Shown here piece after piece: positions 48,911-63,065 of a stretch of 64,000 nucleotides of DNA. Positions within the stretch are counted from its first letter, which is position 1. Each line of letters opens with the position of its first letter. The stretch is from positions 3,224,001-3,288,000 of the forward strand of contig JAWMAR010000210.1 of the NCBI GenBank assembly GCA_036785375.1. Reading direction: 5' to 3'. Source of the stretch: Leucoraja ocellata. Its lineage: Eukaryota. The position numbers and the translations under genes are program-made. The notes under the pieces are model-generated. The model did not search any database, was not told the DNA's origin, and was given only the letters and a program-made list of their open reading frames with translations.

Positions 48911-51539
48911 GTGCTCGCAGGTAGTGAAAGTGATCTTGGAGAATGGCACAACCACATCCCTGACATACTGACCAGTTGTAGTTCTATATTGAAGTGAATG
49001 TCACAGTAGAGTTGTTGAACAGTCATGACGATGGAAATGCCATTGAATGTTGAGGGTACATGGCTGGATTTTATCTTCTACGTCAGCCTCTCATTATTTG
49101 CCACATATCAGCCCATGCCTGTCTGTCGACTGGGTCACGCTGCATACAGATATGGATATTGAGGGTCTGTAAATGGAATTGTACCTTGGGCTATTATCGG
49201 TGACCATCCCTACTTCAGTCCTTGTGTAAGGACAGAAGGTCATTGATTATTCAGCTGAAGATGTTGGGCCTAAAATATTTCTGCGAGGAACTGTGATAGA
49301 CATAGAGTCATAGAGGTATACAGCGTAGAAACAGGCCATTCGGCCCAACTTGCCCACACCAACCAACATGTCTCATCTCCATCAGTCCCTGTTCTGGGGC
49401 CTGATAGAATTTTAATTTTGAATGAAAATATTTTGATCAAAATACATGCAAGTAACGAGGCATACACATCTGTACCTTGAAGCAGAGCACCTTAAACAGT
49501 TGCCATTTTTCCATCAGCATTGATTATATTGGGATATATCTTCCCTTCTGCTTAATGTTGGTGGATAAAATAGATGAATGGCTCTTTCAATCATTCTCCT
49601 GAACCAATTGTAAGAAAAGCAAAATGCTGGAGATGTTCAGGATGGCAGGCAGCACCTGTGGAAAGAGAAATAGAGTCTAAGACTCTTCATCAAGATTATT
49701 TCGGTGAGAGGTCCTTGACCAGGAACATTAACTCTATTTCCCTTTCCACTGATGCTGATTGACCTGCTGAGTGTGTCCAGCATTCTCTGTTTTTATTTCC
49801 TGTCTCCATCTTTGACAAAAAACAGTGTAGTACAGAACCCTCCTAAATAAGCAGCATCCCCATCTTATCAAGTGCGGCATAGAATTGGATATTCAGCTAA
49901 GCCATTGCCCGCAAATTGATCAATTATCAAAACTCCCTAATAATCTGTACATTAGAATGCCTCTGACATTAACAGAAGTTGAAGAGTCAATAACAATTAA
50001 TTGAATGCCAATAATGGTGAATTATTGTATTTCATCACAAAATTAAAATTGAAACAATTAAAATTATTAATGACATTTTAAGTTACGTCAATAATTTAAA
50101 AAAATGTAAATTATATGAAACTTAACTAACTTGCTTGTGATGATTCTTTCCCATTGATAAGAATGCAGATGGTCATCCTTTGCTAGGTCCAACCCAATGT
50201 CAATTCAGCAGTCGATTTCTCAGTGTAATTGGTGGGGGATTGCAGGTGGTTTATGGTCTTCTAGGAAATTACCAGTACATGCCTTGCAGCAAACTCTTTT
50301 ACATTTGGGCACATTTCTGCTCGAATCCTAATCTTCCAGAGGGAGAGTAAGTCAATTCTAGACAAAACTCCTGATATTTCTCCAAACAAGGCTGGTCATG
50401 GTTAATGTTTCAGCTTGATGAACTTTTATCAGAACTCTTTGAAGTATTACAGCAAATGAGTATTATATGAGCAAATTTGTAATGTCATTGAAATAAACAA
50501 GCAAAACGGATTATGCCACAAGCAGAACATTGGGAGGGATAAACAAAGCAATTTAGCTCCAGGTTAGAACTGCGTCTATAGGACAGAAAGCTAATCCCAC
50601 TGCAATCCTGACCCACTATTTTAACGTGCCCAAATTCAAGCTTGCACAGGCTGCTACCCCAGAGGAGCAGAGACCTAATTTCAATGGGAAAGTCATATTG
50701 TGACAATTTCTCACATCATCCAACAGTGAACGACTTAAACCTGAATGTTCTCCAACCTACGTGTGAGAACCTGCAAAATTCAATAATATGTGGTGATTTT
50801 CTTTAATATCTTTAGTATGAATAATTTCCAATGCATAGTCTCTACTGAATTTGCTGACCTCCCAACTTGGTCCTTGGTCCTATTGCAGTAAAAAAAAAGA
50901 GGACATTTTTACTCCATTTAAATTTGATAAAAAATTTAAATGTAGTCTTTTTTTTGTTATTCGTTAAGATACTACTATAGATAATACTGAGATACTACTT
51001 CCCTTGGTTTCGGCTGGAGGTCAGGTTTGGGTCGCGTACATCTTGGTAGATGAAATATTGAAAATATATTGGTAGAAATTCTTTCCAGAAAGTGAGATCC
51101 AATTAAAGCTTGATTGGTAGAGATAAAGAAATCATTGGGAATATTTGAGCAACAATCATTTGGGTGTGGTGGGGGGGGGGGGGAATTCTGTTTGGTTGGA
51201 TGGGTATATTGGCATTCTACAAATATTAACACAAGCATTTTGCAGAAGTACAATAGTATGGCATTATAGAGAAAGCAAAGTTATTTTACATCCAAAATGT
51301 TATTTTCAATGTGAAAATATAAAACAATTATGAATTTATTGCTTGCTCTTATCAATAAAGAAATACAGTACCAATGTCTTTGGGTGGGGAAAGCTGGGAT
51401 ACATTATATAGATTTACCAAGGAGGTCTGGTGGGCTGACGAGGTTTTTCTGTCTCATATCAACCTGTAACTCTATGAACATGACAATTTAATATTTTACA
51501 AGTAGATGGAAAAGCACAAATGACAGATTGATACAAATA

Positions 51540-52030
51540 CATCGATAGATGCTCCTGAACACATCATCAGTGATGTAACCTGGGGTCATTGGTTGTTTCG
51601 GGTCAACATCAGACACCCTCACCCAGGCGACCCAGCCGTGGTTGATCAGACCACGACTTGTGTTCAGGTGGCATTCGCTCCTCCCCATGGCCCTCCTCTC
51701 CTGATCCAGAGCCATCTCAAGGCCTTCTCCGCTGCCTCTGTGGTGTTCTTGATGGCCTTTCTCCTCGCCACTCCGTTGTTTGCCCTGCAAAACCTCTGCA
51801 ACCAACCTCGATGTGCATACACCTTGCCTTCCAGCCCTGCTTGCGGCAGTCTATGACCAGCTTTTCATACTTGGCCATCTTCCTCTCGTGGGCCTCCTCC
51901 AGACGGTCCTCCCTAGGCACTGTCAGTTCCAACAAGACAATGTTTTTGGTCGCCTCTGAGACCAGGAGGATATTTGGCCTCAGGGTGATCGTGGCAATAT
52001 GCTGTGGGAACTTCAGCTGTTTCACCAGGT
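51540..52030 (-). mobile_element. HERO-like (R2-group) non-LTR retrotransposon 3' fragment with restriction-like endonuclease
   Basis: QLKFPQHIATITLRPNILLVSEATKNIVLLELTVPREDRLEEAHERKMAKY..GWKARCMHIEVGCRGFAGQ matches the RLE signature RPD..ELTVPWE..K..KY..EVGCRG. Confidence 0.8.
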
Positions 52031-52789
52031 CTACGGAAAGCTGCCAGGTTAATTCAGATGACAGATTGGATCATTCTGATAAACCAATGTTCGTTCATGT
52101 TGAATGGCATTTGATGAAACTGTGGAAGTTACAAGATGGCAGAATATACTCTGGGGGGAGGACTTATGTACATTACTCTCAACGTTACAGCTACCAGATT
52201 GGTTTAGTTAATGGTATTGAGCAAATGCGATGGATAAACCAACGACCTTGTCCATGAGAAGATCATTGTCAGAGATGCATATATATATCCGCGTTATCAT
52301 TGATGGAAGTAGCCAGAATATTGTCATTGTGGAGGTTAAACCTTGACTTCATATTGAGAATACCCTCCACAGTGTGTGGCTCTACAATCATGCAAAATGT
52401 GAAAGACACAGAACTGATCTGGCATCTCAAAAGTGACACGCTATGGAGCATCAGCAGCGGAAATATACACCATCGTAATCTGCAAGATAATGGCCCAGCA
52501 TATCATTACTCTCAAGCAAAGTAATTAATCTTGGTTCAATGAGGAGTACAGAAAAGCATAACAGGAGCAGCACCAGGCGTAATTGAAAAGGAGATACCAA
52601 CCTGGCAAGTTTGCAGCACAGGGCACCTTGCATGTTGGCGTGCAAAAAAATAGACAGGATTACAAAACAGCCCATGACCACAGTTCGTGAATTTGGAGGA
52701 AATTAAACAATTATCACGAGAAGGAAGATACAAGGATATTCTCATCCTCCACGATGCTGGGATGCAGCAGATGAGTGCTAAAATCAAAA

Positions 52790-53115
52790 TTATTTATTTG
52801 GCAGTCCCTCTAGATTGAGGATGACTTGTTCCTACTTGGGATTTGTGGATTCTAAGGTGCTTAATGAAATCATGTCAGAATTGCAAACACCCTAGAGATG
52901 AGGCAGGAGATGGCTGACAGGCAGACCATAGTTATATAGTTGTGAGCTCTTTCTGACAATTATTCGGGACCACAACATTTTTAATTCCATCCTGAATTCT
53001 CATACAATCTTTTTCTCTGTCCACTTGGTGATCTGCTCTCTTGACGCAGCTCAGAATATAATGTATTTTTCAGGAATCCGGTGTTGGGCACGCAAGCCGC
53101 ATGTAACCCAATTGA
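52790..53115 (-). mobile_element. Decayed RTE-clade LINE 3' fragment
   Basis: Peptide PNTGFLKNTLYSELRQESRSPSGQRKRL resembles the RTE ORF2 C-terminus (LPKQ.LYSEL..G.R..GGQRKR). Confidence 0.6.
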
Positions 53116-54459
53116 AAGTAAAGAGGGCCATGGTACTGGAAATGATGGATCACTTATCCTTCCAATGAAGGCTACATCAAATAATTTGCAATCATCTTCA
53201 GCCAGACATGCCAAATGGACACTCCATCTCTGCTTCCTCCAGCGATCACAAACACCAGTTTGTAGCCAAGTCGATTCACTCCATGTAACTTCAAGAAGGG
53301 CTGACAGCACTGAACCAAGCAAAGGCTAAGGGAATAGACAACTTTGCAGCTGTAGTGCCGAAGACCTGTGTTCCAGAATGAGCGGTGTCTCTGGTCGAGA
53401 CATGGGAATGGATCTAAGTGGTGGCTTTTCTCACAAGCCATCATTCCAGTAGATGAATGATGAGTACATAATTGTGGAGGAAAATGGCTTAATAGCATTG
53501 TGAATTGGAAATATTTAGTAACTGGACCTATTCATCTTTTCTCTTCACAGACTAAAGAGAACTTAGTTTTGAACCTTCTACTGAGCACAAGGCCAAAAGT
53601 AGATTAGTCATCTCTCAGACCCATTAGGATGAGATCAGGCTTTTTAGAGAATAGCTCTAAATCTTCAATAGCACTAGATCTCCATAATATTATTTTTTGG
53701 CTTTGTTCCAAACTTGCCTTGCTGTTTGACTCCTCCACCAGAGAGGAACCAATGAGCTGTCAAGTGAGATCAAGGATGACTTGTGTCCCCTCCTGTCCTA
53801 ATGGTTTTTTTTAAAGTCTGAAGATTGCAATGTGGAATTTGTAGATTCTATTAGGTTCACCCGATTGATAAGAGCAATATTCCGACCCTTTGTACCATTT
53901 GGGCAGCCCAGCTTTAACCAATGCATCCTATTTACAACCAACAAAATTATTACTCCTTCCTCATTTGTTTTGGAAAACTTAATATAGCAGATGTCAAAGA
54001 TTTGTTGCACATTGAAAAATGAGATTTTGAGGCGAAGAACGTTCTACGTTTCGGCCCAAAACGTCGCCTATTTCCTTCGCTCCATAGATGCTGCTGCACC
54101 CGCTGAGTTTCTCCAGCATTTTTGTGTACCTTCTACGTTTGATTTGCCGTCTGCGTTGATCAACCTCATCGAGGGGATTACCAGGAAGATTAGTGACCCA
54201 AGAGAGAGGGTAACCAGTGACTCAGTAACTCCGTAAAATTGATAACCAGCAAAAAAAATCAAGGATAGTTCTATTCCTGATTGGAATCTACTGATCTCCA
54301 TTGAACATTGCTGTGAGTGTGGGGTGACATGTGAAATAGTATTAGCTGTGAGGCATTCTGTGATTAAATAACTTGCCAACTGTCAAACCTCAGGAAGAAT
54401 ACTGATTTAGGTAAATTGCTTGTGAAACTATACCTCAATATCACCCACGGAAATAAAGA

Positions 54460-54735
54460 AAAGCACTTTCATTTATATAGCTCCTCTCAGATATCCCCAA
54501 AGCAGTTTATTGCCAATGAGACAGTAGCTGTTGTAATGTAAAATCATGGCAGTCAATTTACAGGCAGCAAGTTCCCATAGGCAACAGTGTGATAGTTTCA
54601 GAAATGTTGACATAAAGTTGAATAATGAGCAAGAAACTAGAGAGAAAACTTCCCTGCTCTTTAACTGAAGGGGATTTTTTTTTAACATTCACTTCAAGAG
54701 TGCAGATGAAGTCTACCTCATCTAAAAAACATCAC
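54460..54735 (-). mobile_element. Ancient DeuSINE/SacSINE1-like relic
   Basis: catttatatagc..caaagc..ttgtaatgta..ggcagtcaattt..cagcaag.tccca reads as the reverse complement of a Deu-SINE 3' half. Confidence 0.5.
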
Positions 54736-54795
54736 TTGAAGCACCTCCTTATTATTGCCTTATAAGATGAGCCTATTTTGCATATATTTAATTTT

Positions 54796-55097
54796 ACTTT
54801 AGTTCAGAGATACAGCGTGGAAACAAACCCTTTGGCCCACCGAGTCTGTGCCGACCAGCGATCCCCACACATTAACATGATCCTACACACACTGGGGACA
54901 ATTTACACAAACTCCAAGCCAATTAACCTACATAACTGTGCATCTTTGGAGTGTGGGAGGAAACCAAAGATCTTAGAGAAAACCCACATGGTCACATGGA
55001 GAATGTACAAACTCCGTACAGACAGCACCCTAGACGGGATCAAACCCGATCTCTGGTGCTGCAAGCGCTGTAAGGCAGCAACTCTACCGCTGCGCCA
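54796..55097 (-). mobile_element. HE1-type tRNA SINE
   Basis: Reverse-complement match to the 35479 copy. Confidence 0.85.
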
Positions 55098-55996
55098 TCC
55101 TGCCATCCCTTTTCTTAGACTGGATCCACAATCATTGTATTCAGAGGGAGGGCCACGGGCAAACAAGGTTCAGCTGACATCAGTTTGAAGAAAGGCTTGA
55201 AGGAAAAATAACGAATAGAACTTTAAATGTCAATTGGTATATAAAGTACTATATTTTGTACATTGCAACATATTAATTTGTCACGCTGCATATGAATCTG
55301 GAACATTTTCTTCCCAAACAGAATAAGATTGCTTGATTTCAGCATATCTGACGAATTTATATTTTCAATTTTAATAGTTACCTTCACATCATCCAAGAGA
55401 CCAACAAAATCCCAGCTGTCAGAATTCAAAATAAGCTTCAACATTTTATCATCAATATTTGTGGGGGGTTTTTTGTACAGATATTACAATAGTGCAAACA
55501 TGAAAGACCACTGAAAATGCATATAATATTGCAACTAGTTTCATTGACTTGACTGTATATTGAGACAATGTTGTATATCATTTTAATGAGCAACATTATC
55601 TAGGGGATATAAGGAAAGTGCCTTAAGGAAAAAATACAACCCTCATTGTTATTGTGACAGTGGAGGCATGAAACTTTACATGGTAGCAGAGGATATTAAA
55701 TATTTATAATCTCAAATTCTTCTCTTCTACTCATTCCATTTATAATGGTTTTATCAATAGCTAGCCAAACAATTTTCAATCATTTGTGCTTGGATGATTC
55801 AGTGTAAAAAGGAACATTTACAACTCTGTTCAGCTAACAGTGTTATCCTTTCTACGGCACGGATTAAAAGAATTAATATGTGGTGGTTTTTTATAGAAAA
55901 ACAAAGAACTGCCTTGCACATTTAATTAAAATAATCTCACCAGTCGGTGCAAAGTGTTGTTGTAAGTTCTTCCTACGGCTGGGCTGTTTCGTTTTT

Positions 55997-56296
55997 TTTT
56001 AGTTTAGAGATACAGCGCGGAAGGAGGCTCTTTGGCCCACCAGGTCCGTGCCGACCAGCGATCCCCGCACGTTAACACTATACTACACACACTAGGGACA
56101 ATTTACAATTATACCAATCCAATTAACCTACAAACCTGTACGTCTTTGGAGTGTGAGAGGTAACCGAAGATCTCGGAGAAAACCCACGCAGGTCACGGGG
56201 AAAACGTACAAACTCCGTACAGGCAGCACCCTTGGTCGGGATCGAACCTGAGTCTCTGACGCTGCAAGACAGCAACTCTACCGCTGCGCCACCGTG
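55997..56296 (-). mobile_element. HE1-type tRNA SINE
   Basis: Reverse-complement match to the 35479 copy. Confidence 0.88.
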
Positions 56297-57271
56297 ATAA
56301 CCTTTTCCACCAGGCGGTCTGCAGACATGTACAAGACCGGCTCGATCGCTCTTCTGTGGAAAACACTGGATTAAAGAGAAACCAGCAAACTTTTCTGGAT
56401 GTCACATGTCGCTGAGCATTAAATTTTCTCCTAAGACAAAAAAAAAACAAGCTGAGATGCAGCATTGTAGAAAAAAACTCAGCTGCACTGATCATTTCCA
56501 GTCGTAATTAACGACATAATAATTTTGCTGCACAGGATGGAAAATTTGCACACAGTTATAACACTTCAACATCATAATGACGAGAACCATTTCATAAGAG
56601 TTATGAGCTTGTCAGTGATCATCCAAATCTTCGCACATAAATTATCACTGTTTTGTGAAAAATAAAATGTTTTTGTTTCTAATCATGAACGAAAGACATG
56701 GGGAAAGAACCAATTCTAATATCTAATGTGACTTTAGAATGTGTCAATTGAAGGCAAATGATCATTATTTTTGGGTTAACCTTTTTAAAGGCATTGATTT
56801 TGAAGTCTTTAAGGCACGGGAAGAACATGAATCCCATCTCAGTGTTGATACTGTTTACCAGCTCTGCAAGGAAAGAAGTGGCTTGCAGCTGTTGTATGCA
56901 AGCCATGTATTGTTGACGAGGACAGTGAAACACAAAGGCAGCATAGACACTTAGAACAAAGGCTAGAACTGTAATCAGCAAGGAGGATTGAAATCATTAT
57001 ACTGTGTTTTTGCGATTGATATTGTTTGTTGTTCCTGTGCATTGAGGGTTTATCGCACCCTTTAGTCCAACCCTCTGCTGAATGTACATTATTTCTCTTC
57101 GTATTCTAACAGATCTATTCATTTATAACCTCACCTAATTTCTACCCAAAATAGATATCTATTTTGTAGCACATTGAGAAAAGCAATAACAGATTTAATG
57201 AGCTAATAATCTGCAAAATACGGAACATTTATCCTTTTTTTGATCTGCATCTGTTGAAGCCAATTGATTGA

Positions 57272-57850
57272 AAGATACAACATAGAAACAGGCCCTTCAA
57301 CCCACCGAGTCCACACCAACCGTTGATCACACCGATAGTTCTGCTATCCCACTTTTGCAACCACTCCCGGACAAATTGGGGACAATTTACAGAGGCCAAT
57401 TAACCTGCAAACCTACCCATATTTGGGATGTGGGAGGAAACTAGAGGAAATCCATGCAGTCACAGAGAGAACATGCAAACTCCACACAGTTAGCACCTGA
57501 TGTCAGAATCAAACCTGGGTGCGGAAAGGCAGCAGCTCTACCATCTATCCGAGGAGGTCATAGACTCAGAATTCAAGGACGTTCCTTTCGGAAGGAGATG
57601 ACGAGGAATTCCTTTAGTCAGAGGGTGGTGAATCTGTGGAATTCTTTGCACAGAAGGCTGTGGAGGCCAAGTCAATAGATATTTTTAAGGCACAGATAGA
57701 TTCTTGATTAGTACGGGTGTCAGAGGTTATGGGGAGAAGGCGGGAACATGGGGTTAGTAGGAAGAGATAGATCAGCCATGATTGAATGGCGGAGCAGACT
57801 TGTTGGGCCGAATGGCCTAATTCTGCTCTTAATACTTATGACCTCATGAC
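57272..57850. mobile_element. Decayed HE1 SINE (-, 57272-57545) abutting a CR1 3' end (+, 57550-57850)
   Basis: SINE motifs, then RGHRLRIQGRSFRKEMTRNSFSQRVVNLWNSL and the CR1 3' UTR. Confidence 0.78.
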
Positions 57851-59483
57851 CTATCTGCACCATTTAGCTGCTATTTGAGATACAATGCACAATTCTCTCC
57901 AAGTATTCCCTGTTTCCATTTTGTATTCACCCATATAATTCATCAAGAATTCCGTGTTCGTTTCACTCTGACCTTTTGTGTCTCCCAGATCATCTTGGTG
58001 TGCATTAAATAACTCAAATATTCTGGCAAATCTTTCATAAACGTGACTGGCTTTCCATGCTCCGTTGCCTTGAAATTGGACACATCTGAGGGTGTGTTTA
58101 AAGTGTAATTCATCAATAAAAAGTATTCTTATCCTGTTTTCAAGCACGTGTATTCATTTCTAATTGAAGTCACATCCATTGGACTGGGTTCTTCCTGTTG
58201 CTCTTCCTCGTAACGCAGGTTTCAATTCCTCTTATCTCCTGCTAGTGACAATTTTATCATAGTTTATAGCCTGTTTTAATTACTTAACAATTTGACATTG
58301 GATTAAGAAGTTATGATTAATGTTCATTGTAAATATGTTGTAACAAAGTGAAAAATGTATTATGCAAGAAGTAAAAAAAATTGAGGAGATTAAAGTGACT
58401 CCCGGGATGTTGTTTTATGTCTGTAAAAGCATACCTTATCATTTCTATTGAATAAGATCACTTATTCGGCCCTTGGTAAAGATTGATAATTATGAACCCC
58501 TTAAACTGTAAGCATGATGTTGGCACTGTCTGCAAGAAAACAGGGCCATCCACAATGGGACTAGGGGAGATTATGTGTTCGGCACGGACTAGAAGGGTCG
58601 AGATGGCCTGTTTCCGTGCTGTAATTGTTATATGGTTATATGGTTACAAGCACAGCAAGTTTAATCTGCTTAATCTGAACTATCAGCCCTACCACACATC
58701 AGTTCTGGTCGAGACCCTGCTTCAGACTGACCCGACCCGACCCGAAAGGTCACCCATCCCTTCTCTCCAAAGATGCTGCCTGTCCCGCTGAATTACTCCA
58801 GCATTTTTTGTGTAGCCCTACCACAATCATGGACCCCTTAAACTGTAAGCATGCTGTTTGCGCTCTCCACAAAGAAACGGGGCCACTTGCAAGAACAACA
58901 TGTTTGGACTGCTCCATCTGAACTGTTAGCCCTACCACCCCTGTTTACCTCCTCTTCACCGTTTTCCATAAATGCCTCAATTCCCTCCTCTCCATAGCTA
59001 AGGCTGCAAGGGGAAGATCTCTAAAAACATTGACGCACTTCCTGTGGGTCAACGCACGAAGGATACAACATCTGCCTGTCTGTAAAGCAGCTGCACAAGA
59101 GAAACCTACAGTTTTATATCGCGAGACAGTCCATATCTCATGATTTTTGCATGTTTTCAGATGCGGTGCAGCACTGTATTCAGCGCCTGTTCACCACACC
59201 AAAGATCCAATTGCTGGCAAATGCCTAAAAAAATTAACGTTTTCAACTTATCGATCATCGGTGTTATTATCATTTTGGCTCCGTATCAATTCTATTTTGG
59301 CCGATTGCACTCTTCAGAATGGCCGGATGTTTTGCTCCGATAAATATGTTTTTTAAAGGCAGGTTTTGTTGTTAAAAGTGAGGTCTTTCTGTTGAAATGC
59401 CATAATTAAAATGCTAATGATATCTTGGTCTATGTTCCAAGATCTACAAAGGGGTGGAGGTTGTGGTACATCTATTGAGATAT

Positions 59484-59700
59484 CTGTGTAGGAAGGAACT
59501 GTAGATGCTGGTTTACACCAAAGCTAGACACAAAATGCTGGAGTAACTCAGCGGGACAGGCAGCATCTCTAGAGAGAAGGAATGAATGACGTTTCGGGTC
59601 GAGACCCTTCTTCAGACTTCAGAAGAGTCTCGACCTAAAACGTCATTCATTCCTTCTATCCAGAGAGGCTGCCTGTGCTACTCCAACATTTTGTGCCTAT
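59484..59700. mobile_element. Fold-back Penelope-derived element
   Basis: Arms invert at ~59617, immediately after the ribozyme core. Confidence 0.82.
59588..59615 (-). ncRNA. Minimal hammerhead ribozyme core (perfect copy, antisense to TMEFF2)
   Basis: Reverse complement reads CTGAAGAAGGGTCTCGACCCGAAACGTC. Confidence 0.68.
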
Positions 59701-59914
59701 CTATTGTATTTAGACATTATCTGTGGTTGCTGCATTTGGCTCTGGGCACTGCAACACAGCAAGGATGTACCGGCCTTGGACAACGGCTGTGCAAATTCAA
59801 AAGCTGCTGACACTAAAGGAGTAAGTAATTAGGACAGATTTCCATGAATGTAGCAAAATAAAGACTTGTGGTATCTGAGGTAATTAGAGGAATTGGAGTA
59901 TATAGAATATACGT

Positions 59915-60661
59915 ATCTCTCCATCTACGGGGACAGTGTGGAGAGAGTGTCCAGCTTTAAGTTTCTGGGCACTCACATTTCAGAGGACCTCACATGTTCC
60001 ACCAACACCGCTGCGCTGGTCAAGAAGGCACAGCAACGGCTGTTCTTCCTGAGGACATTAAAAAAAGACTGGTCCGCCCCAACAGCTGCTGACAACGTTC
60101 TACCGCTGCACCACAGAGAGCATATTAACGTATGGCATCTCTGTGTGGTATCTCAGCTGCACGGGGGCGGAGAGGAGAGCTCTTCAGCGCGTCGTTCACA
60201 GAGCGCAGAAGATTATTGGGACACAGCTACCAGATTTGGAGGGCATCTACCTCAGGAAGGCCGTCAGCATCCATAAAGACTCCTCACACCCCTGTAACGG
60301 ACTGTTCGAACTACTTCCTTCCGGCAGACGTTACAAGGCCTTCTACGCCCGAACCTCCAGACTCAGGAACAGCTTTATTCCCAGAGTTATAGCGGCTCTG
60401 AACCGGCCCTGCTGAGTGCCCCCCACCCCCCCCCCCCCCCCCCCCCCACCCCCTGGACTGTCTCCCTCGGATGGTCACGTCACACAGACACATCTTCACT
60501 TTAGTCTGTTTTGACTATTTTACTGTTGTAATGTTCTTTTTACAATCCATGTTTCTCGGGGTATCTAACTCTAAATTTTATTAGTTATTTATGTTATGAC
60601 ATCGGATGGAAGCTGCATACCAAATGTGCAATGACAATAAAATATATTATTATTATTATTA
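59915..60661 (+). mobile_element. Rex1/Babar-type LINE 3' fragment
   Basis: Peptides SIYGDSVERVSSFKFLGTHISEDLT..VKKAQQRLFFLRTLKK and HPCNGLFELLPSGRRY..TSRLRNSFIP; tail gacaataaa..(att)n. Confidence 0.85.
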
Positions 60662-63065
60662 TAAAACTAAAGGGCATACATTAAAATTAGAGCTGGACTC
60701 TATTGGCTTGTTATTCCCTGGAGAAAACATATGTTGGATGAAAGCTGAATCAATCTTCATTAAAATATGTTGAGGTAAGGCCAAATGAAAGTGTCAAACC
60801 AAAACTTAGCTCTTTGTTAGCAATGGCAGTGTACACAGAAGCACAGTTGGTGGGTAGGGTGTTTGGTTATACTGTAGATAAACCATGATGCAATTGAATT
60901 GAGGGACAGACTCCGAAGGCTCAAAGGCCTACTCGTTTTCCTTCCTACAGCTGTCATGAACGATTATGAATAACATTTATTTTCTAATTCCTTTGTCTGT
61001 TTTTATCTTTCTACTTGAATTATGAGAGCAAAATAAAGCATATTTGCTTTCAGATGGTCTTTCAAGTTTAGAACTTCTATAAGGGTTTCTAAAATTGTCT
61101 GTCACAAATTCAGGGGATGGTAGAATCCATAAAGAAATGCTACTCCATTTTGTAATATTTTAAGTGACATTTAAAGTAATCAAAGTAAATCAAGATGCTT
61201 TTTAATGAGTCCTCATCAAACAACATGGCTTTGAAACGTTATTGAGCCTGAAGATGTGAATGATCTGATTTAATATACAGTTGAAATGACAATCTCACTT
61301 ACTGGTTCAACTCTGGAGCAATCTTAAAGCATTTAAAAAATACTGATATGCCATCAACTCCTGAAATGCAAGTCCAGCATATTCAGCTCACAAAATCAAA
61401 AGTAGTTATTATATTTTGCCAATTCAGATGATCTGGTCCTTGTTTTATTCTTAATTATTTGATCTTGCTGCGCACAAATCAGATACAACATTTTCTACAT
61501 TAAAACAGACAAGTATTCGGTATTCCGTAAGACTGCTAATTGCCTAGGATGGTCCTGAAAGAGATGTTGAAGAGATTACGAGTAGTTGATGACCAAAGGA
61601 ACTACATTTCTTGTTTTCTCTATCTACACCAATATTTTGTGCCTTACATTATAGTTCTTAATGTGTTGAGGCTGTTCACTGTCTTTCCTTCACGATGTCA
61701 CCTTTTGTTGCAACATGAGCTGTGACTTAATCACAGCCAATGTGCTTGATGAATGTGAAAGACAAATTAATGCAGTTTTTTTTTAAATGGTCCAGATATT
61801 CTGGTCATTGGTGAGCTATCCGTATACATTTATTTGATAACGGATCATTAAAAATAGGTTTAGTTATATTTTTTAAAAATATGTCAATATGATGTGATGT
61901 GATTTCTCTGGAGATTCAGAGGTCATAATACAAAAATGCAGGAACATGATTTGACAGCCAGCTAAAACCTATCAGTTTGAGAAACACTCAAAAAGCAAGC
62001 TCATTAAAAGAATCTAAAAAAAAAAAAAATAGTCAATTAAAATCATTTACCTGAAATTAATTAATTCAGAAAGATTGGCATTCTGTTGCTTAATAGATAT
62101 CCAGTTGATTAAAACTGTGATTAATTCAAAATTAATGTTTCAATCCATGACAGCCTTGAGTGAAATGCAAGCACATTTAATGGGCTGGACCAACTCAGCA
62201 TCTGTTCCTGGGCCTTGCTCTGATCTTTTTTTCCAACTTGATTAATTTTTAATATAAATATGGGAACTATTTGTTATATCACTACGGTGGTCTATTATTA
62301 TTGGAGGTGTGTGTTTGGTTAATGCAGACTTGGTTTCTGTTTTCTGAATGGATAAGATAGTTGAATTTGGTTATTGTTGAGCGGAGATGTAGGGAACCAA
62401 TACAAAAAAACTCCTACGATATACACAAAACGCATTCAGAAACTCACTGTACCACACCGCTGCAGTCAGGCAGTTGGTTATAACCAGATGCATATTGCCA
62501 TATGTATCTGGCTTCACCTTATAGGACCCTGACCTCCTTTACATGTGTGGTGGAGTTTAATCTTCCGATCTTGCATGTTTCATAGTGCTTTTTTTTAAAT
62601 TATCCGTTTTTTGGCAATCCTCACCCTTTGCTCCTGAGAAAGTCTTGACTCCCTGACAGTCCAATGGGCGTGCAATGGGCCATGCAAATAACTGTCTTTC
62701 AACTGTGATTCATAGTATAGATGTTAACAGGTCAGTTGAATCAGAGGGTTGTCAGTGACCGAAATCAAACCTGTCCGCTGTTGATTTTAATGTATGCATT
62801 TGAAATATGGATCACCAGCTCATAAAATGTGAATCGTGGCTGATTCTAGCTTTTCAAGTGAATTACGTACATATTTTAAAAAATCATTCAACGGATGTGG
62901 AACTTGCAGTTTGGGCCAACATTTAATTGCCCTTCCCTATTTGCCCTTGGTGAGATACCTTCTTGAGGTGTGTGTACCCATTGTGGGTAAACCAACAATA
63001 CGGTTTGGGAGGTATTTCCAGGATTTTGACCCAGTGACCTCGAAGTAACAGCTATATATTTCCAA

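Noticed and set aside
51585-51620. Hammerhead-like CTGATG..CCCGAAAC on the - strand in the HERO 3' UTR
   Set aside because: Core reads CTGATGT rather than CTGAnGA and no stem II can form in this copy.
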